A DNA stretch of 64,000 bases from Alphaproteobacteria bacterium (GTDB lineage Bacteria > Pseudomonadota > Alphaproteobacteria > MPNO01). Below the pieces are notes generated by a model. That model ran no database searches and was not told where the DNA came from. It saw nothing but the letters and a program-made list of their open reading frames with translations. Below are positions 19,433-29,737 of the stretch, in pieces (within the stretch, counting starts at the first letter, position 1; every line of letters begins with the position of its first letter). Both the position numbers and the translations under genes were made by a program. The stretch covers positions 1,728,001-1,792,000 of the forward strand of contig CBDFLJ010000002.1 in NCBI GenBank assembly GCA_965248835.1, written 5' to 3'.

Positions 19433-20036
19433 TAGGGCTCGCCCCGCCGCTCGCATGCACGCGGGGCACGCGTAGCAAGACCGAGGGACCGTACTACACG
19501 CCGCAGACGCCACAGAGGGCCGACTTGCGAGAACCGGATGCGCGCGGTCAGCCGCTCGTCCTGCACGGATTAGTGCTTACCCCGGGCTGCCGCCCGGTCG
19601 CGGGCGCCGTGATCGACATCTGGCACAGCGACGGGGATGGCCGCTACGACAACTCGGGCTTTCGTTACCGCGGCCATCAATTCACCGACGCCGCGGGCGC
19701 GTTTCGTTTCGAGACCATCCGGCCCGCTCGCTACCCCGGGCGTACGCCGCATATCCACGTCAAGGTCCAAGGTGCGTCCACGCGCCTTCTCACCAGCCAG
19801 CTCTTCTTTCCCGACCTGCCGGACGAGAACGCCCGAGACGGAATCTTTCACGACGACCTCCTGCTCAACCTGAGCCGCGGCCCGGCGGGCTGGCTCGGGC
19901 GCTTCGACTTCGTGCTCTCGCCGGCCTGATACCGGGAACCCGAACCACTCCTCGAGCACGCATCTACAATCCCGCCACGACAACCACGGGCGAATTGACG
20001 TTGACGCACCAGATGCGGTGTCGGCCGCATCGAAAA

Positions 20037-20558
20037 TCAACGACAGCCGCTTGTAGGCTCGAACATGCGGCGCGCGATGCCGCCTTTGTCGAAAATTGCG
20101 TGCTTGGCCGCTCCCAGAATGTGCAGGGCCAGCAGAGGTATGAACAGATGCCCGGAGACATCATGCAGCTCTTCCATGAGTTCGTGGAAACCCCGGCTTG
20201 CTGTCATCGGTGAGGCAATGGCCACGCCAACTACGTCCAAGGGGCGGCCCTGCGACCAGGGCAACAGGTACCCGGTAATCACCGCGACGACGATGGCCAC
20301 CAGAAACCCCCACTGCACCACCCGCGCGCCGGCATTGAGCAGGAAAGCCTAATCAGGCAAAGCGACCATGCCGCGTCTCGCGCGATGCCACACGCGCCAC
20401 AGGAGAAAGACGCCGGCGATGGCGCCACCGCTCACGTGAATGACATACGCCGAGCTGCCGCGCTCCCGATCGTGGGTCAAGAACAACGCGACCACGAAGA
20501 TCGCCACAAGCCAGTGAAGAACGATCGATAGCGGTGAATAGCCGTCGCTGCGGTCCAT
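20037..20558 (-). pseudogene. Cytochrome b561-like gene with an in-frame TAG
   Basis: SIVLHWLVA...IHVSGG, then TAG at 20349-20351, continuing in frame to ELHDVSGH...LHILGAAKH. Confidence 0.8.
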
Positions 20559-20714
20559 GATGCCTCCATTTCCGATGCAGCGCTTAACGAGAGCCGGGCA
20601 ACATATACGTCGCCCTTTGTGCGCGATTCGTCTTGAAGCTTGCGACGGCCGCGGTCGGCGTCCTTCAGGTTTGTTACATTCCTCGAACGCGGGTCAAGTC
20701 GGTAGAACGCTTGA

Positions 20715-20748
20715 CGGCTCGGTTGGTCCGCCGCGCCCAACGAGCCGG
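20715..20748 (-). terminator. Hairpin downstream of the integrase fragment
   Basis: CGGCTCG-GTTGG...CCAAC-GAGCCG stem; no clear U-tract. Confidence 0.3.
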
Positions 20749-20753
20749 CCGCT

Positions 20754-21302
20754 TCAGTGGGGGATTATTGCGCCGCCGTCCTCACAGCGGCAGTCCTTCA
20801 GAATAAGCGCCGCGATGCTGTCGGCGATCCGGGCGGCTGATTCCTGCACCGAATCCCGCGCCAGATGGGCGTAACGCGCCGTCGTCTCGACCTGGGTGTG
20901 GCCCAGCAGCTTTCCGATCATCGGCAGGCTTTCGCCGAGCGCCAACGCGCGGCTCGCATACGAATGTCTGAGGTCATGAATGCGAACATCTTCCAGCCCG
21001 GCGCGCTCCCGGATGATGTCCCACGGATCGTTGACATTGCGCATCCAGGTGCCCTTGATCTTGCCTGGAATGACCCAGGGGTTGTCTGCAATGCGCGGCA
21101 GTTCCGCGAGTAGACGCGCCGCCTCCGGTGACAGGGAAATCGTCCTCGGGCCGGTTTTGCTGTCGCTCAAATGCAGCTCATTCGCGTCCAGATCCACGTC
21201 TTCCCAGCGCAACGTCAATATCTCGTTGCGCCGGCACCCGGTCAGCATCAGCAGCCGGATCGCCGCCACCGCATGCACCGAGACGCCGCGGCGGGTCCCC
21301 AT
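20754..21302 (-). pseudogene. Tyrosine integrase, C-terminal catalytic fragment
   Basis: TGCRRNE, SKTG, RIHDLRHSYAS, LLGH, TTARYAH; N-terminal domains replaced by IS-derived DNA. Confidence 0.88.
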
Positions 21303-21426
21303 GACGGGTGATTGTGTTGTAGCTTAGGCAGGAGCTGGTCCGGCTTCCCTGGCCCTTTGCGAGCCCCTGAAGCCCGACCGCAGGGCTCGCGACACGGGCG
21401 GCGTTGCCGATGCGCTGCATTACCTG

Positions 21427-21997
21427 GAGACCTCTAACAACCGGGGGATTTGACGAAGATTTCGGTGTGCTGTCCGACTTTCGCTGAGATCTGCGGTGTC
21501 GACGTCCGCAATCATCCGCCGTTTCGTTCTCGGCGGAGGGTTTTGGCGCTATTCGGGCGGACTCATGCCATGGCGGCGCTGCGCTCATGGAAGATCAGAC
21601 GCTGGAAATTATAAGCCAGGTTGGCGAGGCCGATCTTGGCCGCCGCCCGCTCGAGCCCGATGGTACGGACGAACAGGCCCATGCGATCCTTCTGCTGGGC
21701 GAAGACGTGCTCGACATGCGCACGGACCGCTGACTTGCGGGCATTGGCCCGGGCGGTCGCCTTGGGCATGGCCCGGCCCGGCGGCTTCTTGCGGTGGATG
21801 TGGGAGACCCGACCCTTGCCGGCCAGCCACGCCTCGTTGGCCTTCGAGCGATAGGCGCTGTCGGCCCACACGCCGGCGGCCAGATTGTCGCCGGTGACGA
21901 GATGACGCAACATCTTGCCGTCATGGCGGGCGGCATCGGTCACTGCCGAGCTGCGGATGAAGCCGTAGGCCCGGTCGATGACGATGTGATTCTTGTA
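21427..21997 (-). mobile_element. IS5-family remnant (3' half of transposase plus terminal IR)
   Basis: GYKNHIVID...WADSAY...VRAHVEHVF...NLAYNF ending at 21563; GAGACCTCTAA end. Confidence 0.8.
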
Positions 21998-23025
21998 CCC
22001 ATTCATGATGATGTGTGATTCCCTCTCACGACGTCGATATGTTGTGGGAGGCGGACATGGCATGGCGACGCGGGCAGGCATATTCGCAGGATCTGCGCGA
22101 TCGTGTTCTCTCAGCGGTGGATGGTGGGCTGGGCATCTATCGGGCGGCCGAGCTGTTCGATGTGAGCGTGTCCCACATCTACAAGGCGCTGGATCGTCGG
22201 CGCCGAACGGGCGAGAGCGGCGCGAACCCGAACCGGGGCCACCGCCGGCGCAAACTGTCGGCGGCGCAGGCGGTGGCACTGGCGGCGCATATCGCCGCAC
22301 ACCCGGACATCACCCTGGCGCGGTTGCAGGACTGGCTGGCGGCCGAGCACGCGGTGCGGCTGAGTGACGGCGCGATCTGGCAGGCGGTCGACCGGCTCGG
22401 CCTGTCGTTCAAAAAAACCCTGCGCGCCGCCGAGCACGATCGGCCCGACATGGCCGCCCGGCGCCGGGCCTGGCGGGCGGCGCAGGGCTGGATCGACCCA
22501 CGACGCCTGGTGTTGATTGATGAAAGCGGGGTGAACACCAAGATGACCCGGCGCTACGGCCGCGCGCCGGTCGGCCGTCGTCTGCACGCCGCGGGCCCCT
22601 TCGGTCACTGGAAGACCATGACCTTCGTCGCCGCGCTGCGACAGCGCGGGCTGAGCGCGCCCTGGGTGCTTGACGGCGCCATGGACGGCGACGCCTTCAG
22701 AACCTACACCGCCGAGATCCTCGCCCCGACGCTCACGCCAGGCGACATCGTGGTCATGGACAACCTGCCGGCCCACAAGGTCGCCGGCATCGCCGAGACC
22801 ATCGCCGGACAACAGGCCCAGCTCTTCTATCTGCCGCCGTACTCGCCCGACATGAACCCGATCGAACTCGCCTTCTCAAAGCTCAAGACCGCACTCAGGG
22901 CCGAGCCGGCACGCACCATCGACACGCTCTGGCGGCGCATCGGCACCATCCTTGATACCTTCACCCAAAGCGAATGCGCCAACTACTTCAATGCAACTGG
23001 TTATCAACTCTCAATATGAGAATGC
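21998..23025 (+). mobile_element. IS630-family element; transposase 22057..23019
   Basis: AYSQDLRDRVL, LIDESG, VVMDNLPAHK, YLPPYSPDMNPIE; left end at TA. Confidence 0.88.
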
Positions 23026-23159
23026 ACCAGCCCCACCAGGTAGCGCGCGATCGACAGACCGCGCCGGTCCGCGTTGCGGCGAACGGTCTCCCATTCCGCG
23101 TCCGTCGCCGAGATCGAGATGTGCTTGCTCGCCTTCCGGCCGCGCCGCGCTCGTCTCAT
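23026..23159 (-). pseudogene. Ribbon-helix-helix (MobC-like) gene 3, truncated by IS630
   Basis: KHISISATDAEWETVRRNADRRGLSIARYLV. Confidence 0.65.
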
Positions 23160-23467
23160 GCCGCCCGCTCCCGTGCAAGGACCGAGATCGCGCTCAGCAG
23201 GCTCAGCCCGCTGCCGCCCGGAAGCTCGCGCCGGAGAGCCTGCAAGAATGCCTGCACCTCGCGGACCCCGTCCCACAACGCCGCCTGTTCCTGTTCCGTC
23301 AGCACCAGGGGATGACGGTCCGGATCGTTGGCGAGCGCAAGCGCCAGCACATGGCGCGACACGGTCTTCCCCGCCGCCGCCGCACGTCCCCGGATCATCG
23401 CTTGCTCCGCCGGGTTGCAGTGCAGGCTCCGCTGCCGCCTGCCGGGCCGTCCCGCCTCCTCCGTCAC
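23156..23467 (-). CDS. Ribbon-helix-helix (MobC-like) protein 2
   Basis: RQRSLHCNPAEQAMIRGRAAAAGKTVSRHVL; overlapping start/stop codons on both sides. Confidence 0.7.
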   Translation of the reverse strand: MTEEAGRPGRRQRSLHCNPAEQAMIRGRAAAAGKTVSRHVLALALANDPDRHPLVLTEQEQAALWDGVREVQAFLQALRRELPGGSGLSLLSAISVLARERAA

Positions 23468-23835
23468 GGCCCGGCTTCCCCATCCGGCCCCGCCGCCTTC
23501 CAGCGGTTCGCCGCGCCGGGATCGGTCAGCCGGTCCAGCATGCCCTCCCGGTCGATCCATTCGTCCACCGCGTCGCAAGCGTCCTCCCAGGCCTCTCCGG
23601 CGCCGGCCTCGCGCAGCCGCCTCTCCTCCAGCCTGGACAGCACCAGCAGCTCGCGCACCGCCCGGCGCAGAACCTCCGGCGGCAGAGGCTCCCGATCCAG
23701 CGCACGATGGATCACGAAGCGCGACAGATCCATGCCGCTCGCCGTTGCCGCCCGGCCGATCCGTTCCCACTCCGCATCGGTCGCCATCACCGCGCGCTGG
23801 CGGCGCCCGCTGACATCCTCCTTCATCGTCGCCAT
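23464..23835 (-). CDS. Ribbon-helix-helix (MobC-like) protein 1
   Basis: RQRAVMATDAEWERIGRAATASGMDLSRFVIHRAL. Confidence 0.7.
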   Translation of the reverse strand: MATMKEDVSGRRQRAVMATDAEWERIGRAATASGMDLSRFVIHRALDREPLPPEVLRRAVRELLVLSRLEERRLREAGAGEAWEDACDAVDEWIDREGMLDRLTDPGAANRWKAAGPDGEAGP

Positions 23836-23909
23836 CCGCCCGAAACGGTTTGCAGCGGTTGCGACACACCGGATCCCGATCTCGGAGATATGTCCATCGA
23901 TATTCCTAT

Positions 23910-24194
23910 GATAATCCTCACAGAGACGAACGTATTGTGCCGGTTCTGTGTTGCTCACAGGGCCAACCTGTTCCTCCATCAGGATCATACGGATGTTCCA
24001 AGGCGAATTCCATTCCCCACTTCCCTGAATGCAACTATGCAGCGACACAGGATCCACATCTGTGTTATTCGAATCGGCCCCATCCTCTCTTGACAGGGAC
24101 CCTAAGCCATTGTAGTACCACAGTGATACAGGGAGACACTACGATCCTACGATACCGACAGAGTACTTAAAATCATGAATTCAGGGCTCACACC
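23910..24194. repeat. ~285 bp non-coding repeat, copy 1 (candidate oriT or structured RNA)
   Basis: Directly repeated at 45542-45824 with about 35 differences by manual alignment; AT-richer than its flanks. Confidence 0.9.
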
Positions 24195-24331
24195 ACCGAC
24201 CGGGACACGATCTGTCATACGAGAGGATGTGCCGAAATAGTGGCGTAAAATCCGTAGGTTATAGAAACGCCGCAGGAGATTTTCAAAGGCGCGCAGATCA
24301 TGAACCTGGCGGCGCCTGCGCGCCGTCCGGA

Positions 24332-24661
24332 TCAATCCTCGCGCGGCTCTGCCATCCAGGCCGGAATATCCCGCGCCCCATGCAGGACGCGCCAGACATC
24401 GATTTCCGTCTCCCTCTCGACATAGAAGATCAGATAGGGAGATTTCCCGATGGTCCGAAAGCGCAGGCCGGGAAGATCCAGTTCATGAGCATAGCGGGGC
24501 GAACCGAGCGCCGGCCGGTCGCCAATTTGGCGGAGGGCATCTTCCAGCGCGTCGATGAAGGCCAGCGCAACCGCCGGTCCCGCCTCGGCCAGATAATGCT
24601 CGATCGCCTCATCGACATCGTGCCGCGCCCGCTCGCGCAGGACAACCGGTTTCCCGGTCAC
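24332..24661 (-). CDS. parE: RelE/ParE-family toxin
   Basis: ARHDVDEAIEHY...PYLIFY...VWRVLHGARDI. Confidence 0.88.
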   Translation of the reverse strand: MTGKPVVLRERARHDVDEAIEHYLAEAGPAVALAFIDALEDALRQIGDRPALGSPRYAHELDLPGLRFRTIGKSPYLIFYVERETEIDVWRVLHGARDIPAWMAEPRED

Positions 24662-24897
24662 CGCCGGCCGGTTTCACGGGCCCGGCCGCGGAGCCGGTCG
24701 AAGTAGTCCGCATCGGCCGTGACAGCCCGCGGAGAGGCCGCGCCTTGGAGAAGCAGGCCGCGCAAGCGCTGACGGTCCTGATCCTTGCGGATCAGTTCGC
24801 GGACGTACTCGCTTGACGTGCTGTAGCCGCGCGCGCTGACCTGATCGTCCACGAAGGACTTGAGCGCCTCGGGAAGCGATATGTTCATCGTGGTCAT
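24658..24897 (-). CDS. parD: ParD-like (CC2985-type) antitoxin
   Basis: MNISLPEALKSFVDDQVSARGYSTSSEYVRELIR. Confidence 0.9.
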   Translation of the reverse strand: MTTMNISLPEALKSFVDDQVSARGYSTSSEYVRELIRKDQDRQRLRGLLLQGAASPRAVTADADYFDRLRGRARETGRR

Positions 24898-24903
24898 CGT
24901 GCG

Positions 24904-24932
24904 ATGCTAGCGGCTTTGGCAATTTTTGGCAA
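24904..24932 (-). promoter_or_regulatory. Sigma70 promoter with operator repeats for the TA operon (leaderless)
   Basis: Minus strand TTGCCA-17 nt-TAGCAT, with the ATG 6 nt downstream; repeated TTGCCAA boxes. Confidence 0.7.
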
Positions 24933-24951
24933 GAATTGCCGACGAGCGAAG

Positions 24952-26214
24952 TGACCTGCCCCCGTCGACTGGTCCAGTTTGGATGTTAGTGCATTGACGG
25001 TTTCTCCGCCAAGCTGGCCGCCCGGCGGAGCGTAGCGGAGCCGGGCGGCCAGCTTGGCGTGACGATCGTTTCCGGGGCCGGCGGCCGGTATCCCAGGCTG
25101 CTGTGCGGGCGGACGGCGTTGTAATGGCGTCGCCAGGATTCGATGAGAACCTGGGCTTCCTTGAGAGTGTAGAAGATCTCCCCGTTCAGGAGCTCGTCGC
25201 GCAGCCGCGCATTGAAGCTCTCGATATAGCCGTTCTCCCAAGGAGAACCGGGCTCGATGAAGGCGGTCCGGGCCCCGACCGCGGCAATCCATCCCCGGAC
25301 GGCCTCGGCGACAAACTCCGGGCCGTTGTCGGAGCGGATGTAGGCCGGGATGCCGCGCAGGATGAACAGATCCGTCAGCACATCGATGACATCGGTCGAG
25401 GAGAGCTTGCGCCGGACACGGATCGCCAGGCTCTCGCGGGTGAACTCGTCCAGGATGTTGAGCATGCGGAAGGCCCGGCCGTCATATGTCCGGTGATGGA
25501 CGAAGTCGTAGGACCAGACGTGGTCCGCCCGCTCGGCGCGCAGTCGGATGCAGGAACCGTCGTTCAGCCAGAGCCGGCCCCGTTTCGGTTGTTTGCCGGG
25601 CACCTTCAGCCCCTCGCGCCGCCACAGGCGCTCGACCCGCTTGTCGTTGACCTGCCAGCCGGCGTCGCGCAGCAGGGCCGCGATCCGCCGGTAGCCGTAA
25701 CGACCGTACCGACGGGCCAGCTCGATCATGTCCGCGACCAGGCGGTCCTCGTCGGCACGGCCGCGCGGGATGCGGCGCTGGGTCGAGCGATGCTGCCCCA
25801 GCACCCGGCAAGCCCGGCGCTCCGAGATCCCGAGCCGGTCGCAGACATGATCGATGCACTGACCGCGGCGCGAGGGGCTTAGAAGTTTCCCCCTGCGGCC
25901 TCCTTGAGGATCTGCTTGTCCAGAGTCAGGTCCGAGACCGCACGGCGCAGCCGCTCGTTCTCCTTCTCAAGCTCCTTCAGGCGGCGAAGCTGATCGCCGC
26001 TCATCCCGGCATACTCCTTGCGCCAGCGGTAATAGGTGACCTCGCTGATCCCGAGCTGTCGGATCGCGTCCGCCATCGACATGCCCTGGCCGTGCAACAC
26101 CTCAGCCTGCCGCAGCAGGCTCACGATCTCCTCCGGCTTGTACCGCTTCCTTGCCATCTCCGGTCCTCCTCATTCCATAACCCAAGGATGGACCAATTCC
26201 ATGGGGGAGGATCA
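24952..26214 (-). mobile_element. IS3-family (IS407 group) element; orfA 25879..26157, orfB 24986..~25880
   Basis: TG...CA ends with IRs; 4 bp target duplication GAAG; WSYDF, RSDNGPEF, ENGYIESFN. Confidence 0.93.
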
Positions 26215-26219
26215 GAAGC

Positions 26220-26355
26220 GTGAGCTATTTCGAGAAGGACGGCTACTACGCCAAGGCCGGCCCGGCGCACCACGAGGCGAGCGCCCGGGCCGGCAACGGC
26301 GCGGCGGCGCTCGGGCAGGCCGGCCCGGTCGAGCCGGAGGCGTTCCAGAGGGTCC
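26220..26355 (+). pseudogene. MOBF/TrwC relaxase N-terminal fragment
   Basis: VSYFEKDGYYAK...ASARAGNGAAALGQAGPVEPEAFQRV matches the TrwC catalytic-Tyr region (DxYY...W.G.GA..LGL.G.V). Confidence 0.75.
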
Positions 26356-26490
26356 GAGTTGTGTCCAGGATTTTCTGCAATTTGGTCACGGCACCGGATG
26401 AGTTTGTAGCCGGCATGCCCTGGTGCGGCGCCATCACACGCAAGCGCCAGGGCAGGCCGGGCCGCCGTCAGGCGGCTTTCTTCAGAGCAG
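26356..26490 (-). mobile_element. IS256-like 3' end remnant
   Basis: GAGTTGTGTCCAGGATTTTCTGCA terminus; ...KKAA-stop on the minus strand. Confidence 0.5.
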
Positions 26491-26698
26491 CGGCGCCAAC
26501 GCGGTCCGACACCGGCTTCTCGTGTGCGCCCGAGAACCAAACGGCGGACGAGTAAGCCTGTCAACGCTGATCAACGGATCGAAAGTCCGACAACAAACCG
26601 AAAGCTTCGTCAGATCCGCCGGTTGTTGGAGGTCTCCACTTAGCCCTTCTCCTTTCGATTGCTTCCGCTGTCTCGCGAAATACGCGAGGCTTCACCGC

Positions 26699-28000
26699 CT
26701 ACCTCGCCAAGCCCGGCAGATACGAAGCGATCCCGGGGAACAGGATCAGGAGAAGGATACCCGTGACCAGGGGCAGGATGAAGATCAGCGAGCCGCTGAT
26801 CACCTCGCCAAGCTCCGCGTCGGGAACCACCGACTTCAGGACGAACAGGTTGAAGCCGATCGGCGGCGAAATTGCGGCGATTTCAATATTTATCGTGACA
26901 AGTACCCCGAACCATACCGGGTCATAGCCCATCGCCAGAATTGCCGGGAAGAATACCGGCACGATGATGACGAGAACGCTCATGGGATCCATGAACATTC
27001 CGAGGACCATCAGCAGCAGGTTGATCAGGATGACGATCAACCAGGACGGCAGATCCAGAGCAATCAAGGCTTTTGCCATTCCCTGAGGCACGCCCAGCCG
27101 AGTCAGCATGAAGGCGCTGAACAGGCCGCCGATCAGGAGCAGCATGAACATGGCCGTCGTCTGCACGGTGTTGGCAAGGATCCGACCGGTGATCTCGCGG
27201 TTCAGCTTTCGGGAAAGCGCGGCGATGGCCAGTGCGCCGGCAGCCCCCACCGCACCGGCTTCGGTGGGGGTCGCTACACCGAAATAGATTGACCCCAGGA
27301 CCATGAATGAAAGTGTGAGAACGGGGAATACCACCCTGAGAGACTGGAGTCGTTCGGACCAGGGCGCCTTTCCTGCGAGCTTCGGCGCGAGCCGAGGGCG
27401 GGCCAAAACCACGAGCACGACGGTCGCAGAGAGCAATCCGGCGATCATGACGCCAGGTAGCAATCCGGCGATGAAAAGATCGCCGACGGACGTTTCCGTG
27501 ATCACTCCGTACAGGATCATCGCTATACTGGGAGGTATCAGGATCCCGAGCGTTCCGCCCGCCGCTGTCACGCCGAAGGCGAGGCGCCGGTCATATCCGT
27601 GGCGCACCATCTCCGGGACGGCCATCGCGCCAATGGTGGCAGACGTCACCGGGCTGGACCCGCACACCGACGAAAATCCGGTACAGGCAAATATCGTGCC
27701 AACGGCGAGCGAACCGGGAACACGGTGCAGCCAAAGTTGCGCTGCGCGGAACAGATCTCTTCCGATCCCGGTGACGGCCAGCGCCTCGCCCATCATGATG
27801 AACAAGGGAACGACAGTTAGGATGAAGTAGCTCGACGTCGAAAAGGCGACGGTAGCAATATGGGCGACCGCGTAAGGCGAAACAAACAGGTAAGTGCCGA
27901 TTATGCCAATCAATCCGGTTGCAACGGCGACGGGTACACCCGTCGCTAGAAACGCAACCAGTGCGATTGCAAAGACAAGAAAGCTCGCGAACGCCTCCAC
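26699..28000 (-). CDS. dctM: TRAP transporter large permease
   Basis: GGTLGILIPPSI, ATPTEAG, ISPPIGFNLF. Confidence 0.93.
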   Translation of the reverse strand: MEAFASFLVFAIALVAFLATGVPVAVATGLIGIIGTYLFVSPYAVAHIATVAFSTSSYFILTVVPLFIMMGEALAVTGIGRDLFRAAQLWLHRVPGSLAVGTIFACTGFSSVCGSSPVTSATIGAMAVPEMVRHGYDRRLAFGVTAAGGTLGILIPPSIAMILYGVITETSVGDLFIAGLLPGVMIAGLLSATVVLVVLARPRLAPKLAGKAPWSERLQSLRVVFPVLTLSFMVLGSIYFGVATPTEAGAVGAAGALAIAALSRKLNREITGRILANTVQTTAMFMLLLIGGLFSAFMLTRLGVPQGMAKALIALDLPSWLIVILINLLLMVLGMFMDPMSVLVIIVPVFFPAILAMGYDPVWFGVLVTINIEIAAISPPIGFNLFVLKSVVPDAELGEVISGSLIFILPLVTGILLLILFPGIASYLPGLAR

Positions 28001-28513
28001 CTATTGTTCACCGGTTTTGCGGAAGGCCGCCGCAACAATCACCAACATCGTGAGGATGAACTGGGCCACGCCAACCGGACCGATCACCCATATGTACTTC
28101 ACCTTCATTGGTATGGTCGATGCCGGAAAGGGATTGTCGTCGACAAATGCCTCTACCGTCTCGTTCAGCAGCATCGCGAACAGGACCGCACCAAACATGA
28201 CCGTCAGCGCGCCACCGAGAACGACGAAACCGCCTCGGAACCGCGGCGAGATGAACTGGCCGAATAGATCAACGGAAACGTGACTGCCTGCTTCCAGCGC
28301 CGGCGCCAGAGCGAGAAAAAACAAATAAACCAGCATGAAGGAACAGACATCCAAGACCCAAGCGCTTGGATCGTTGAACGCGTAGCGTCGTATGACGTCC
28401 TGCAGGATCACGATCATGATCGCCGCCGCAAGCCCGCCGCTGACGGCCAGAAACACAGCATTTATGCCGCGGGTGATCCGTGAGGTCGCGGCAAACCACG
28501 CGGATGCCGCCAT
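28001..28513 (-). CDS. dctQ: TRAP transporter small permease
   Basis: DVIRRY, HVSVDL, four TM segments. Confidence 0.9.
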   Translation of the reverse strand: MAASAWFAATSRITRGINAVFLAVSGGLAAAIMIVILQDVIRRYAFNDPSAWVLDVCSFMLVYLFFLALAPALEAGSHVSVDLFGQFISPRFRGGFVVLGGALTVMFGAVLFAMLLNETVEAFVDDNPFPASTIPMKVKYIWVIGPVGVAQFILTMLVIVAAAFRKTGEQ

Positions 28514-28551
28514 AGGCGGGCCCTGGGGGCGGTGCGGTCGTTTCGGACGTC

Positions 28552-29547
28552 CTACCAGTGCGGCTCAAGTATTTTCCGAACGCGTTTGCCGTCGTCTCCT
28601 GATACGCTGTCCATCTTGTCGAAGACCGGTCGTATGGCGTCCACAAAGGCCGCCTTTTCACCCTCGTCGAGCGAATAGACATCGCCCCCGGCCTGGCCGA
28701 TCTTGCTCCTTAACACCGGTTGCAGGGGTTCCAGGTGACGCGCCGCTACAGCTTCGGCTTCGATCGCTATTCGCTCGATAGCCGTCTGATCGGCCGTGGC
28801 AATCTTGCCCCATATCCTCTTGTTCGCGATGTAGATCAAGACATTCACCGGCACGCCCAGATTGACAATTTTCGGCGCGACCTCGTAGAGCTTGAACGCG
28901 TAGGTGATCTCGTGGTTGCTCAGAACACAGTCAAGTGTACCGTTCTGCAACGCGATGTATTGCTCCGCAGGATCGGTCGCCACCGGGTTGGCACCGAGCG
29001 CGCGAATCTGTTCGACCTGCCAGCGCCCCGCCGTGCGGACCCGAAGCTTCTTCCAGTCGGAGGGTTTCTTGAGATGCCGGTCGCGGCAGTTCACCGTCCC
29101 GCCGAACGATGGTTGCATCCACAGATATTTGACGCCCTGGGCATCGAACAGCCTGTCGAGGATCGGTCTGAGTTGAGCGGCGACCTTGAGCCATGATGCC
29201 GCGTCGTTAGGCATCCCCGCTTCACCCTCGACATATGACAGCGCCGGAATTCTGCTGGACTCCACACCCGCTGCCGTCGTGCCGACATGGACTGCGCCGT
29301 TGCGGACCGCCTTGAAGGTTTCGGTAATCTTTCCGAGCGCTCCCGAATAGAACGGGCGCAGCTCGACTCGGCCCTTTGTCTGTTTCTTCGTCTCGTCCAT
29401 CCAGAATTTGACGGCATGCGTCCATGCACTGCGTTCCGAATGCCATATGGACATATCAAGGGTTGCCGCACCTGACGAGAACGGCACGGCGAAAGCCAGC
29501 ATTCCCGTAAAGATGGCAGACACGACGACTTTTCTTCGAACGGCCAT
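28552..29547 (-). CDS. dctP: TRAP substrate-binding protein
   Basis: Signal peptide, DWKKLRVRT, EQYIALQNGTLD; GGGAG RBS. Confidence 0.9.
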   Translation of the reverse strand: MAVRRKVVVSAIFTGMLAFAVPFSSGAATLDMSIWHSERSAWTHAVKFWMDETKKQTKGRVELRPFYSGALGKITETFKAVRNGAVHVGTTAAGVESSRIPALSYVEGEAGMPNDAASWLKVAAQLRPILDRLFDAQGVKYLWMQPSFGGTVNCRDRHLKKPSDWKKLRVRTAGRWQVEQIRALGANPVATDPAEQYIALQNGTLDCVLSNHEITYAFKLYEVAPKIVNLGVPVNVLIYIANKRIWGKIATADQTAIERIAIEAEAVAARHLEPLQPVLRSKIGQAGGDVYSLDEGEKAAFVDAIRPVFDKMDSVSGDDGKRVRKILEPHW

Positions 29548-29737
29548 GGCTTTCTCCCTAGGAATCTTATGCGTTACACACATCATGCACCACCAAATAC
29601 CCTTGCCGCAACCGGAGGTGGCCTCGCCTTTTCGGGATGGTGGTTCGGTGGAGGTGTAACTCACCTAACAACGACTTCTCGGTAATAGGCCACTGGCGTA
29701 GGATCGCAGCCTCTCCCTGTGAAGTCGTTTATCTACA

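Larger units (their letters stand above)
17273..19929 (+). pseudogene. Tat-exported intradiol dioxygenase-family gene split by two IS
   Basis: 5' part MSKRTITRRIAL...DRAL (17273-17410) joins in frame to GLAPPLAC...TEGPYY...IWHSDGDGRYD...RYPGRTPHIHVKV (19435-19929). Confidence 0.85.

Noticed and set aside
20349-20351. Pyrrolysine or programmed readthrough of the in-frame TAG
   Set aside because: No pyl genes in view; a CAG-to-TAG nonsense change in a decaying region is simpler
23910-24194. The repeat as a protein-coding region or a CsrB-like GGA sponge
   Set aside because: A 2-nt indel between copies breaks the frame; minus-strand GGA motifs exist but are not clearly in hairpin loops
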